Shown: positions 45,613 through 55,733, numbered from the stretch's first letter. The stretch: DNA of 64,000 nt from Desulfobulbaceae bacterium (GCA_002868945.1 PKTX01000058.1:64773-128772); one strand, 5' to 3'. Notes: a model not told the origin generated them from the letters alone. Program-made: numbers and translations.

Positions 45613-46992
45613 ATGAAATATATCAGCACACGGGGCGGCATAGAGCCCATTGGTTTTAAAGAGGCGGTGCTCATGGGTTTGGCCCGCGACGGCGGCCTGC
45701 TTCTGCCTGACACCATCCCTCTCATTGGCGCGGACACCGTAGAAAAGTGGCAAGAGCTCTCCTTTGCCGATCTCTCCCATGAGGTGATCCGTCTCTTTGC
45801 CCCGGATATTCCGGCCGCTGACCTCAGGGATATTATCCGGCGCTCCTATGCCACCTTCAACCACCCCCAGGTGACGCCGGTGGTACGGCAGGGCAAGGTC
45901 CATATCCTGGAACTCTTTCATGGTCCCACCCTGGCCTTTAAGGATGTGGCCCTGCAGTTTCTCGGCAATGTCTTTGAATACCTGCTCAAGGAGAACGGGC
46001 AGCGCATGAATATCCTCGGCGCCACCAGCGGCGATACGGGCAGTGCCGCCATCTACGGGGTGCGCGGCAAGGAACGTATCAATATCTTCATCCTCCATCC
46101 CCATGAGCGGGTGAGCCGCATCCAGGAGTTGCAGATGACCACGGTGCTGGATGCCAATGTCTTCAACATTGCCATCCGCGGCACCTTTGATGATGGCCAG
46201 GCCATTGTCAAGACCATCTTCAACGACCTTGACTTCAAGGACCGGCACGGCCTGGGTGCCATCAACTCCATTAACTGGGCCCGCATCGTTGCCCAGGTGG
46301 TCTACTACATTTACGCGGCCCTGCGCTTTAACGGCAGCAGGGTGGACTTTGCCGTGCCCACCGGCAACTTCGGTGATATCTTTGCCGGCTATATCGCCCG
46401 ACGCATGGTGCCCGAGCATATCCGACGGCTCATCCTGGCCACCAATGAGAACAATCTGCTCACCCGTTTTGTGGTGGACGGCGACTATTCCCTGGGCAAG
46501 GTGGTGCATACCTCCAGCCCCTCCATGGATATCCAGGTGGCCAGTAATTTTGAGCGTTTTCTCTTCTATCTCTACGACCAGGAGAGTGGCCGCACCAGGC
46601 AGGCCATGGAGAGTTTTGCCGCCAGCGGCTCTCTGGCCTTTGATGCGGCGGAGCAGGAGAAGATCAGGGCGAATTTTCTGAGCCTCTCCGTGGATCAGGC
46701 CGAGACCAAGGCCACCATAGCCGATTTCCATCAGGAGACCGGCTATGTCCTGGATCCCCACACCGCGGTGGGGGTCAGGGCTGGTCTGCACTTCCTTGAC
46801 GAGCAGGTCCCCATGGTCTGCCTCTCCACCGCCCATCCGGCCAAATTCGGCGAGGCGGTGGAAGAGGCCATCGGCAGGGAACCGGAACTGCCGGCTGCCG
46901 TGGCCGATCTGGAGAAACGGCAGAGCCGTTGTCAGATCCTGGACGCTGATGCCGATCAGGTCAGGGCCTATATCGAGGAGCATGGCCTGTAG
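45613..46992 (+). CDS. thrC: Threonine synthase
   Basis: MKYISTRG and FHGPTLAFKDVALQ (PLP Lys); 459 aa. Confidence 0.95.
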   Translation: MKYISTRGGIEPIGFKEAVLMGLARDGGLLLPDTIPLIGADTVEKWQELSFADLSHEVIRLFAPDIPAADLRDIIRRSYATFNHPQVTPVVRQGKVHILELFHGPTLAFKDVALQFLGNVFEYLLKENGQRMNILGATSGDTGSAAIYGVRGKERINIFILHPHERVSRIQELQMTTVLDANVFNIAIRGTFDDGQAIVKTIFNDLDFKDRHGLGAINSINWARIVAQVVYYIYAALRFNGSRVDFAVPTGNFGDIFAGYIARRMVPEHIRRLILATNENNLLTRFVVDGDYSLGKVVHTSSPSMDIQVASNFERFLFYLYDQESGRTRQAMESFAASGSLAFDAAEQEKIRANFLSLSVDQAETKATIADFHQETGYVLDPHTAVGVRAGLHFLDEQVPMVCLSTAHPAKFGEAVEEAIGREPELPAAVADLEKRQSRCQILDADADQVRAYIEEHGL

Positions 46993-47029
46993 GCAAAGCG
47001 TTTCGTGGCAGGTTGTTTGAGAGAGGGAT

Positions 47030-47181
<152 letters not shown>

Positions 47182-47206
47182 TTAAGCACGTTGTGCCTTG
47201 TGGCAT

Positions 47207-47776
47207 TTAAGACTGCACGGCGCGCTCGCAGATCGTGCTGATTATATCGAGGCATTTTCTGGCGTTGGCATCCATGTTGGGCTGGGCCAGCAGCCAGTCC
47301 TGGGCCTCGCCGTGGATGGCTCTGACGGCGCGTTCCAGCTCCTCGACACGCTGTTGGTTTTTCGTGGCCCCCACCTTGCCCAGGGGATGCTTTTTGTCGG
47401 TTTCGTTGATGCGGACAATGAGCTGGTTGAGCAGGGCCTTGATGATGGGCAGGGTGTCGTCCAGGGCGCTGTGCAGGGTCTTTTCATCCATGAGCAGCAA
47501 TTCGCAGAATTCGGCTGCCTCGGCCGAGGCGGAGCGCGGCTCCCCGGTGATGATGGCCATTTCACCCAGGATCTGGCCGGGTACCATGTGGGCCACAAAG
47601 ACCTTACGGCCATCCACCTCTTTATAAATGGCAACCTTGCCGCTGCGGATCAGATAGGCGTGGCGGCCGCCCTGTCCCTCCTTGAAAATGGCTTGTCCCT
47701 TGTTGAATTCCAGAAGTCGAAACCCCTGTTTTTGTTCTGTGCTCTTCTTCTGTTGTGCCATGGCCTGGTTGCTCAA
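47207..47776 (-). CDS. Cyclic-nucleotide-binding domain protein (no recognisable HTH)
   Basis: FKEGQGG..AYLIRSGKV and GEMAIITGEPRSASAEA (phosphate-binding cassette). The start is TTG at 47776 or ATG at 47761. Confidence 0.8.
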   Translation of the reverse strand: MSNQAMAQQKKSTEQKQGFRLLEFNKGQAIFKEGQGGRHAYLIRSGKVAIYKEVDGRKVFVAHMVPGQILGEMAIITGEPRSASAEAAEFCELLLMDEKTLHSALDDTLPIIKALLNQLIVRINETDKKHPLGKVGATKNQQRVEELERAVRAIHGEAQDWLLAQPNMDANARKCLDIISTICERAVQS

Positions 47777-47856
47777 AAGGGATGTGGTGGTTGCAATGTG
47801 ACTGCTTGACGGATCTCGTCGTTTTCCGGGGGCGCATCGCTGTTATCCTATATCAC

Positions 47857-49080
47857 CTACAGGTTTTTGCCAAGTTCCAGTGACTGTTTGTTAATAACCA
47901 CCTTTATCTCTTCCTGGCAGAGTTCATAACCGTTATCAAAGAAAGGCAGAAAAACAAGATGATTGCGGCGAATGGCGACGGAGATGTCCGGCAGCTTGGG
48001 CATGATATTGCGCTTGGCAATCGCGGCGGTCGCCAGGATGAGTTTGACACTTTCGCCCGCCTCTGCTGCCGGCAGGGAGACGGCAACCGACTCCGCCGGT
48101 ATGTGGCACTCCCCTGAGCCGGGCAGCTGGCCGCTGGTGAGTTGGGCGGCGATCCGCAAAAAGATCTGCGGCCGTATTTTAAAGGCCGGGCAATAAAAGG
48201 CCATTCTTCTCTTCTCCCACTCCGGTTGGATGGCCCGGGGGATGTTGGTAAGGCGGATAAAGTCGGCCAGCGACTGGATGGCAATGCCGCCAAAGTCCAC
48301 CTCCAGACGCCAGAAGGGCAGATGAACGGCATCGTCGCCCTTGGCAGGCACCGTCTCATACTCCACGCCGGTCAGGCGATCACCGGTCTGTTGCCAGGCC
48401 GTATCGCAGTTGGCGCAGAGCAGGACGACGCTCTCCTGCCGGCAACGCAGGTCCCAGCCGCAGTGGGGACAGATGGCGGGCAGCAGGTTCAGTTGCCAGG
48501 CGCCGCCCTGCAGGCCGGCATCATTAAAAATATCCCTGCCTTCCGGCATGGTGGCCAGCGGCGCACCGGTGACACCGTCATAGACCCTGTTGCCGTTTGT
48601 AAAGAGGGGCATGTAGATGAGGCTCACCGATTCGCCGATCCACTCCTGGAGCAAAGGCCGGCGGTCTGTGCTTGTGGTCCGGTGAAGAGCTGCGGCCCTG
48701 GCGATCGCCTCTGTCTTGGAGATGCTGCCTTTCAGACAGGTGGCGGCAAGCTCTTTTGCGGCATAGTGCATCTTCATGGCCTGGGGACGGTAGCCCAGGG
48801 TGGCGGGCAGGACGGTGAGGGGCAGGGCCTTCAATGTCGTATCAACGATGCGATGCTCCACCCCCTGCAGGTGGCAGGAGAAGATCGAGCCCTTGCAGCG
48901 CAGGTAGGGGACGTGCAGCAGGCGGCCGGGCCCATTGACATGGGGCAGGGTGAAACGGGGCGTGTCGCAGGCCAGAATGTGGCGTACTCCGCAGAAGGGG
49001 CAGTTGAGCACCCGGTCTGTTTCGGCCAGCTCCACTTCACCGCCGCATTGCGGGCATTGCTGGAGAACCCTCAGTTGCAT
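47857..49080 (-). CDS. Hypothetical protein with two zinc-ribbon motifs
   Basis: CPQCGG..x..CPFCG at the N-terminus and CPHCGW..x..CANCD mid-protein. 407 aa, ATG start. Confidence 0.6.
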   Translation of the reverse strand: MQLRVLQQCPQCGGEVELAETDRVLNCPFCGVRHILACDTPRFTLPHVNGPGRLLHVPYLRCKGSIFSCHLQGVEHRIVDTTLKALPLTVLPATLGYRPQAMKMHYAAKELAATCLKGSISKTEAIARAAALHRTTSTDRRPLLQEWIGESVSLIYMPLFTNGNRVYDGVTGAPLATMPEGRDIFNDAGLQGGAWQLNLLPAICPHCGWDLRCRQESVVLLCANCDTAWQQTGDRLTGVEYETVPAKGDDAVHLPFWRLEVDFGGIAIQSLADFIRLTNIPRAIQPEWEKRRMAFYCPAFKIRPQIFLRIAAQLTSGQLPGSGECHIPAESVAVSLPAAEAGESVKLILATAAIAKRNIMPKLPDISVAIRRNHLVFLPFFDNGYELCQEEIKVVINKQSLELGKNL

Positions 49081-49103
49081 GGCATTTTTCCTGGTAATTC
49101 CAT

Positions 49104-49209
49104 ATTCAGGATTCAGAATTCAGGATTCAGCAATCAGGAGTCGGAAGAAAAGTTTGAAAAGCAGCCGTTCCGACGTACATGCCCTTACCCCTTACCCCTT
49201 GAACCTTAA
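49104..49209. repeat. Bipartite heptad-array element, inverted copy of the 47030 element
   Basis: The reverse complement reads AAGGTTC AAGGGGT AAGGGGT AAGGGCATGTACGTCGGAACGGCTGCTTTTCAAACTTTTCTTCCGAC TCCTGAT TGCTGAA TCCTGAA TTCTGAA TCCTGAA. The core is about 27/31 identical to the copy at 47072. Confidence 0.85.
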
Positions 49210-49220
49210 ATCAGGCCGGC

Positions 49221-50345
49221 TTACAGCTTTTCGCCGCAATTGTTGCAGAACAGGGCGCCGGGCAGATTGCTGTTGGTGCAGGTCGGGCAGGTTGTCTCCC
49301 GGGGCTTTTCATCGGCCGGCTGACCGCACCTGCTGCAGAATCTGGCATTGGCCGCCAGGTTTTTGCCGCACTGCTGGCACTGTCTGGTCACCACCACCTG
49401 GTGACCGCAGCGGGGACAGAAGCGAGATGAGGCCGGAATCTGGTTGTGGCAATCAGGGCAGGTGATACGGGCGGCCTCTGCCGCCTCGTTTTTGCCTGCG
49501 CCGCTCAGGCCGGCCGTAAACATGGCCGGCATCATCAGGCCCATGCCCATGCCCATGCCGGCCCCGGCCTCGCCCTGGTTGTCGGCTGCCTTTTCCATGG
49601 CAGCGGCCGCCTTCAGTTTAATCAGCTTATCCATATCATTGATAATGTTTAAGCGACTCTGGTCATCAATGGTTTTCTGTACCTCCGGGGGCGGGGTGAT
49701 CGAAGTGATGTAGAGGTGGCTCAGCTCCAGGCCGAAATGGCTGAAGTCGGCCGCCAGTCTGGCCTGAAGGCCCTGGGAGAGTTCATCATAGGTGCCGGGC
49801 AGGTTGAAGATGGTGTCCAGCTTTTCGCCCAGATGGTCGTTAAAGCGGGAGACGATCACCCTCTTGAGATAGTCGCTGATCTCGCCGGAGGTCAGCCGGC
49901 CCATGGTGCCCACCATGGTGTTGATAAAGAGGACGGGTTGCACCACCTTGATGTTAAAGACGCCGTGGGCCCGCAGCCGGATCAGGCCGAGCTCGTCATC
50001 CTTGAAGGCGACCGGATCGCGGGTGCCCCATTTCAGATTGGTAAAGGTCTTGAGGTTGGCGAAGTAGACCTCGGTGCGTAACGGGCTTTGCATGCCCCAG
50101 GGGGCGGAGAGCAGTTTGGTGATAATGGGGATGTTGCCGGTCTTCAGGGTGTGGCGTCCCGGCCCGAAGGCATCACATGCCTTGCCCTTATAAAAAAGGA
50201 GGGCGGCCTGGCTTTCGCGGACAGTGAGCTGGGCACCGAATTTGATTTCGCCTGAACCCGTGCTGGGCAGGCGTTTGACTATTTCCTGACCTGATTCATC
50301 AAACCACTCGATGTTTTCCAGCAGCACCCTGTTGTCGACACCCAT
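49221..50345 (-). CDS. SPFH/band-7 domain protein with C-terminal triple zinc ribbon (COG4260, YdjI-like)
   Basis: N-terminal SPFH-like region (LTVRESQAALLFYKGK, GTRDPV) and a C-terminus with CPDC..CPRCG, CQQCG..CSRCG and CPTC..CNNCG. Confidence 0.8.
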   Translation of the reverse strand: MGVDNRVLLENIEWFDESGQEIVKRLPSTGSGEIKFGAQLTVRESQAALLFYKGKACDAFGPGRHTLKTGNIPIITKLLSAPWGMQSPLRTEVYFANLKTFTNLKWGTRDPVAFKDDELGLIRLRAHGVFNIKVVQPVLFINTMVGTMGRLTSGEISDYLKRVIVSRFNDHLGEKLDTIFNLPGTYDELSQGLQARLAADFSHFGLELSHLYITSITPPPEVQKTIDDQSRLNIINDMDKLIKLKAAAAMEKAADNQGEAGAGMGMGMGLMMPAMFTAGLSGAGKNEAAEAARITCPDCHNQIPASSRFCPRCGHQVVVTRQCQQCGKNLAANARFCSRCGQPADEKPRETTCPTCTNSNLPGALFCNNCGEKL

Positions 50346-50511
50346 ATTTTTTTTCTCCCTGAAATATTTTAAAAAAAAGGATAAGAAGAAAATATGTTAT
50401 AACGCCTCTGGCAAAAATGTCAGAAAAAAAGCTATCGGGTCGGCTTTCCAAAAAACAATGACCCATGTATAATGAGCGCTTCAGGGCGTCTCTTTTTTTG
50501 TGTGGTAATCT

Positions 50512-52167
50512 ATGGAATTTTCTCAACAATCGCAGTCTCCTGTAAGTATAATCCTGGCTGATTTCGCCTCGGAAAACTATCAGACCCTGGATCATGAATT
50601 GACCGGTATTCCGGTTGCCGTTATCCAGGTGACTGACCCCAAAGACATTGCCGTCCAGGTGCAGGAGCAGAACAGCGCCCTGGTCCTCATGGATGTCGAC
50701 TTTGCCGCTGTCGATGGTTTTCAGACGGTGACCACCCTGCGGCAGGCGGATGAAACCAAATGTGTTCCCATTGTCCTGCTTGCCGATGACAAGGAAAACA
50801 AGGATCTGGTGGCCAAGGGCTATGAGGCCGGTTGTATAGATGTCCTGTCGCGTCCCCTGCAGGCCGATATTCTCCGGGCCAAGCTGCGTGTCTATCTGGA
50901 TCTTTATCAGCGCCAGCTGGAGCTGCAGAAGGCAAATGAGGTTATTCGTCTGCAGAACAGGCTTCTGCAGCAACAGGCGACGCGTGACGGCCTCACCGGC
51001 CTCTATAACCACATTCATTTCCAGGAGCTTTTTGCCCAGCAATTTTATTTAGCCAAGCGGCATGACTACCCCCTGGCCCTGCTCATGCTCGATATTGACT
51101 TCTTCAAGGAGGTCAATGATTCCTATGGTCATCAGGTCGGCGACACTGTCTTGAAAGAATTCGCCGAGCAGGTCCGGGCCGAGATCCGCCAGACCGATAT
51201 CCTGGCCCGCTATGGCGGTGAAGAGTTTGTCATTGTCCTGCCTGATACGGCCAAGCAGGGGGGCATGAATATCGCCGAAAAAATCCGCGAGACCATTGAG
51301 GAAGCGGTCTTCAGCCATAATGATATCAAGCTGCAGGTCACGGTCAGTATCGGCCTGGCCCTTTTTGATTACCGCATGAAGCATCCGGCCGAACTCATTG
51401 AACAGGCGGATCACGCCCTTTATCAGGCCAAGGCCGGCGGCCGGAACCGGGTCTATTGTTTTGAGCATGGCAGCAAGGCGCCGTATCAACCTTGCGGCGG
51501 CAAAGGCCGCGCTGATCTGAGCTGTATCAGGGAGCGCCTGCGCACCACCCTGGAAAAGACGCGGGCCTCGGCCCTGGCCTCCTTTGAGGCCATGGTGCAC
51601 AGCCAGACCTATAACCAGGCTCAGCTCCGTAAACGCAACACCCTGGCCGCCCGCATGGTCAAAACCTTTGGCAAGCGTCTCAACCTGCCCAATACGGTGG
51701 TGCAATCCTTTCTGCGCTCCTTTAAACTGCACGATCTGCTGCGGCTCTTTATCTGTGATGCGGCCCTCTCCAAGGAGGGCTCCCTGGACGAGGCGGAGCT
51801 GGCCGCCATCCGCGATCAACCCCTGATGCTGAAAGAGCTTACCGATCTTTTTGATTTTTTTGCCGATGAGCGCGCTATCCTGCGCTATCACCATGAGTAT
51901 TATAATGGCAGCGGCTATCCGGAGGGCCTTGACGGCTATGAAATTCCCATGGGGGCGCGTCTTTTTGCCCTGGTTGATGCCTTTGTGGCCATGAGCAGCC
52001 CCAGCTATTCCCGGGAGCCCATGAGCCCCGACAAGATCGTTGAGGAGATAAAGCGTCAGTCGGGCAAGCAGTTTGATCCTTTTCTCGTCAACATCATGTT
52101 GGAGGTGATTCGCGAAAACAGGGATCTGTTCGTCAATGACGGTGATACAGAAGAGGCCCTGTCATGA
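50512..52167 (+). CDS. REC-GGDEF-HD-GYP signalling protein
   Basis: LVLMDVDF (REC Asp), RYGGEEFVIVL and HHEYYNGSGYPEGL. Confidence 0.85.
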   Translation: MEFSQQSQSPVSIILADFASENYQTLDHELTGIPVAVIQVTDPKDIAVQVQEQNSALVLMDVDFAAVDGFQTVTTLRQADETKCVPIVLLADDKENKDLVAKGYEAGCIDVLSRPLQADILRAKLRVYLDLYQRQLELQKANEVIRLQNRLLQQQATRDGLTGLYNHIHFQELFAQQFYLAKRHDYPLALLMLDIDFFKEVNDSYGHQVGDTVLKEFAEQVRAEIRQTDILARYGGEEFVIVLPDTAKQGGMNIAEKIRETIEEAVFSHNDIKLQVTVSIGLALFDYRMKHPAELIEQADHALYQAKAGGRNRVYCFEHGSKAPYQPCGGKGRADLSCIRERLRTTLEKTRASALASFEAMVHSQTYNQAQLRKRNTLAARMVKTFGKRLNLPNTVVQSFLRSFKLHDLLRLFICDAALSKEGSLDEAELAAIRDQPLMLKELTDLFDFFADERAILRYHHEYYNGSGYPEGLDGYEIPMGARLFALVDAFVAMSSPSYSREPMSPDKIVEEIKRQSGKQFDPFLVNIMLEVIRENRDLFVNDGDTEEALS

Positions 52168-53051
52168 ATGATTCCTCCAAAAAGAAGATAGCCATACAGC
52201 TCATTGCCCAGGTCAATGATTTTCCGCCCCTGCCTGCCGTGGTCACCCGCATCCTGCAGGTCACCGCCGATCCGGAAAGCAGTCTCGATAAGCTGGCCGC
52301 CATTGTCGAGGCAGAGGTCGGTCTGTCCGCCTCGGTGATCAAGATGGCCAATTCGCCCTTCTTCGGCCTGAGCCGCGAGGTCTCTTCCATCTCCCATGCC
52401 CTGGCCGTGCTCGGCATGGAGGAGGTGCGCAACATGGTGCTGGCCAAGGTAATGTTCAACACCTTTACCAGCTATCGGAAAAAGGGAGATATGGTCAATT
52501 CCCTGTGGCGTCACTCCTTTTACAGCGCCCTGGCAGCCAAGACCATTGCCGAGAACATGGGGCATGACGACAATGGTCTCTTTGTGGCCGGTCTCATCCA
52601 CGACATCGGCAAGCTCGTCATCTTTCTGGCCTTTTCCCGCGAGTCCCTTGAAAAAATCTACGGCAAGACCGAAAATCTTGACGACTCCAAAAAAGAGATC
52701 GCCTATCTGGGGCTCAACCATGAGGACCTTGGCCGACTTCTGATCAAGAGCTGGCTCTTTCCCGAGACCCTGCAGATGGCGGTGGGCTATCATCATTGCC
52801 CGGAATCAGCGCCTGCCCATCAGCTCTACCCCCTGGTGGTCCGGCTGGCCGATATCCTGGCGCAGCTCAACGTTGTCGGCATGGAGGGTGAGGAGGGCGC
52901 CGCCCTCTGCCTGCCCTTTCTTGATCCCCCCCTTGCCGGTCTTTTTGCCGAGCATGGCCTGCCCCTGACCGCCGCCACCATCAAGGAGCTTTTTCGGCAG
53001 ACTGAAAAGGCTTTTGCCCAGGCCGATGATCTGGTCGCCCTCTTGCGGTGA
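52164..53051 (+). CDS. HDOD-domain protein
   Basis: FPPLPAVVTRILQV, VIKMANSPFFGLSREVSSISHALAVLG and GLIHDIGK. ATGA overlap with the upstream gene. Confidence 0.8.
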   Translation: MNDSSKKKIAIQLIAQVNDFPPLPAVVTRILQVTADPESSLDKLAAIVEAEVGLSASVIKMANSPFFGLSREVSSISHALAVLGMEEVRNMVLAKVMFNTFTSYRKKGDMVNSLWRHSFYSALAAKTIAENMGHDDNGLFVAGLIHDIGKLVIFLAFSRESLEKIYGKTENLDDSKKEIAYLGLNHEDLGRLLIKSWLFPETLQMAVGYHHCPESAPAHQLYPLVVRLADILAQLNVVGMEGEEGAALCLPFLDPPLAGLFAEHGLPLTAATIKELFRQTEKAFAQADDLVALLR

Positions 53052-53145
53052 GCATGGTCTTCTCTCTTTTGGCGGGCGGCGGCATTGCCCGTGATTCCCG
53101 GCCCAAGAACAATATGAGCACCAAGGAAACAAGGAGAATGAACAG

Positions 53146-53985
53146 ATGACCACCGGTGCACGCCTTTACCGCGAGCAGGTGCAGGAGGCTGTTGACTTTC
53201 TTGAAGAACGGTTGCCGGTTCCCCCTGATATCATCATTATTCTGGGCACCGGCCTCGGCGCCCTGGCCCATCACATTGAAGAGAGCACGACCTTCGATTA
53301 TGAGGAGATCCCCTATTTTCCACGCTCCACGGTCACCAGCCATGCCGGGCGCTTGATCTGCGGTGAGCTGGCCGGTAAGCAGGTGGCCGTGCTGCAGGGC
53401 CGCTTTCATTACTACGAGGGCTACTCCACCCGGCAGATCACCTTTCCGTTGCGGGTTCTCTCCCTGCTCGGGGCGCGATATCTGCTGGTCTCCAATGCGG
53501 CCGGCGGTCTTGATCGCGCTTTCAGACCCGGTACCCTCATGGTTATCGCCGATCACCTTAACTTTATTCCGGATAATCCCCTGCGCGGTATCAATATTGA
53601 TGAGTGGGGGCCCCGTTTCCCCGATCTGTCACAGGCCTATGACCCGACCCTGCAGGAGCTTGCCCTGGAGTGCGGCCAGCGGCTCGGTATCGAGCGCCTG
53701 GCCCGCGGCGTCTATGTGGCCATTGCCGGCCCCAGCCTGGAGACACCGGCCGAGACCCGCTATCTGCGGCAGTGCGGTGCCGATGCGGTGGGTATGTCCA
53801 CCGTGCCCGAGGTTATTGTCGGAGTGCATGCCGGTCTGCGCATCCTGGGTGTTGCCATGGTGGCCAATGTCAATGATCCTGATAACTTTCAGGCTATCCT
53901 CATTGATGATATTCTGGCAGAGGCCAAAAAGGCGGAACATGATTTTGTCCGGTTGATGCACGAGGTGGTGGGGAGCATGGAATGA
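53146..53985 (+). CDS. Purine nucleoside phosphorylase, trimeric PNP/MTAP family (possibly methylthioinosine phosphorylase)
   Basis: ILGTGLG, TVTSHAGR, GPSLETPAE and GMSTVPEV. Confidence 0.88.
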   Translation: MTTGARLYREQVQEAVDFLEERLPVPPDIIIILGTGLGALAHHIEESTTFDYEEIPYFPRSTVTSHAGRLICGELAGKQVAVLQGRFHYYEGYSTRQITFPLRVLSLLGARYLLVSNAAGGLDRAFRPGTLMVIADHLNFIPDNPLRGINIDEWGPRFPDLSQAYDPTLQELALECGQRLGIERLARGVYVAIAGPSLETPAETRYLRQCGADAVGMSTVPEVIVGVHAGLRILGVAMVANVNDPDNFQAILIDDILAEAKKAEHDFVRLMHEVVGSME

Positions 53986-55304
53986 CAAAGAAGGACGTTA
54001 CCCTGCTGGTCTGTGGCACTGTCTTGACCATGGACGCTCGGCAGACCATTATCAAAAACGGCGCCGTGGCCGTGGCCGGCGATACCATTCGTGAGCTGGG
54101 CGATAAAAAAGAGCTGCGCGCCAAGTATGGCGCCGTGCCGGTGCTGGAGACGGGGCGTGGCCTGGTGATGCCCGGTCTGGTCAATGTCCACACCCATGCC
54201 TCCATGGCGCTTTTGCGAGGCCTGGCCGATGATCTGCCGCTGATGACCTGGCTGCAGGAGCATATCTTTCCGGTGGAGGCCAAACTCAGCAGCGAACTGG
54301 TCTATCAGGGCGCCCTGCTTTCTGCCATGGAGATGATAAAGAGCGGTACCACCAGCTTCTGTGACATGTACCTCTTTGCCAAGGATGTGGCCCGGGCGGC
54401 AGAGCAGAGCGGCATGCGGGCCTGGATCGGTGAGGTGCTCTACGATTTTCCCTCGCCCTGCTACGGTGCGCTGGAGCACGGCTTTGTCTATGTCGATGAG
54501 ATGTTTGACCAGTATGAGGATCACCCCCTTGTTTCGGTGACGGTTGATCCCCATGCCGTCTACACCTGCTCGCCGGATCTGTTGGTTCGTCTGAAAGAGA
54601 AGGCGGTGGAGCGGGGCAGCAGGTATGTCATTCATCTTGCCGAAACAAGAGGCGAGGTGGAGGGGGCCATGGCGCAATTCGGCAAATCTCCCGTGCGTCA
54701 TCTTGAGGGGCTCGGCCTGCTTGACGGTTCCGTGCTGGCCGCCCACTGTGTTGCCCTTGACGCCGGCGAGATCGCCTTGCTGGCCGAACGGGGCGTCAAG
54801 GTGGCCCACTGTCCGGAGAGTAATATGAAACTGGCCTCCGGGGTGGCGCCCATTGCCGCCCTGCGCAACGCCCTGGTGGATGTGGGCATCGGTACGGACG
54901 GCGCTGCCTCCAATAATGATGTGGATATGTTCTCCGAGATGGATAGCGCCGCCAAGCTCCAGAAGGTGCATAGCCTTGACCCCACGGCCCTGCCCGCCTC
55001 GGAGACCCTGGCCATGGCCACCATGGGCGGCGCTCGTGCCCTGGGGGCGGAGAGCCGCATCGGCTCCCTGGAAGAGGGCAAGAGGGCGGATATGATTGTG
55101 CTGGACCTTGATCAACCGCACCTGACCCCCATGTATAATGTTGCCTCGCACCTGGTCTATGCGGCCCGGGGCCATGATGTCGTCCATTCGGTGATCAACG
55201 GCAGGCCGGTCATGGAAAATCGCCGCCTGCTCAGCATGGATGAGGAGGCGGTTCTGGCCCGGTGCCGGGAGCTGGCCGGCCGTCTCACCGGCCGCCCCTG
55301 TTAG
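53982..55304 (+). CDS. mtaD: 5-methylthioadenosine/S-adenosylhomocysteine deaminase (amidohydrolase)
   Basis: PGLVNVHTHASMALLRG, HLAETR, AHCV and GTDGAASNN. ATGA overlap with the PNP gene. Confidence 0.85.
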   Translation: MTKKDVTLLVCGTVLTMDARQTIIKNGAVAVAGDTIRELGDKKELRAKYGAVPVLETGRGLVMPGLVNVHTHASMALLRGLADDLPLMTWLQEHIFPVEAKLSSELVYQGALLSAMEMIKSGTTSFCDMYLFAKDVARAAEQSGMRAWIGEVLYDFPSPCYGALEHGFVYVDEMFDQYEDHPLVSVTVDPHAVYTCSPDLLVRLKEKAVERGSRYVIHLAETRGEVEGAMAQFGKSPVRHLEGLGLLDGSVLAAHCVALDAGEIALLAERGVKVAHCPESNMKLASGVAPIAALRNALVDVGIGTDGAASNNDVDMFSEMDSAAKLQKVHSLDPTALPASETLAMATMGGARALGAESRIGSLEEGKRADMIVLDLDQPHLTPMYNVASHLVYAARGHDVVHSVINGRPVMENRRLLSMDEEAVLARCRELAGRLTGRPC

Positions 55305-55523
55305 CCGGGGCTGTTGCGGGCATGATCAGCGGGGAGACCAGGGCCTGTTGCCGCTGTTTCGGGCATGGTCGCAGAAAGCGCCCTGCTAAAAATCCTTTGC
55401 CTTTGGCCACATGATGGGGTATTTCTTCATGAGGACCGGCCATCTGTTTTTTTGACGTTGTTCGGCTGTTGTCACAATGCTTGCCTGGGCAAGCGTATGT
55501 TAATTTACAAGAGGGGATGAAAG

Positions 55524-55706
55524 ATGTTTGGACTTGGAATGCCGGAGCTGGTTGTCATCCTGGTTATAATTGTTATTATTTTCGGGGCGGGAAAACTGCC
55601 GGAGATCGGTTCCGGGATTGGTAAGGGCATCAAGAATTTTAAGACCGCCACCAAGGAAGAAGACGCCAAGAAGATCGATGATCAAGACGATTCTACTAAG
55701 GCCTGA
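55524..55706 (+). CDS. tatA: Twin-arginine translocase TatA/E-family protein
   Basis: [29 protein letters not shown]. Confidence 0.9.
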   Translation: MFGLGMPELVVILVIIVIIFGAGKLPEIGSGIGKGIKNFKTATKEEDAKKIDDQDDSTKA

Positions 55707-55733
55707 TGGGCGCAGCCACTGCGGAGGTGAACG

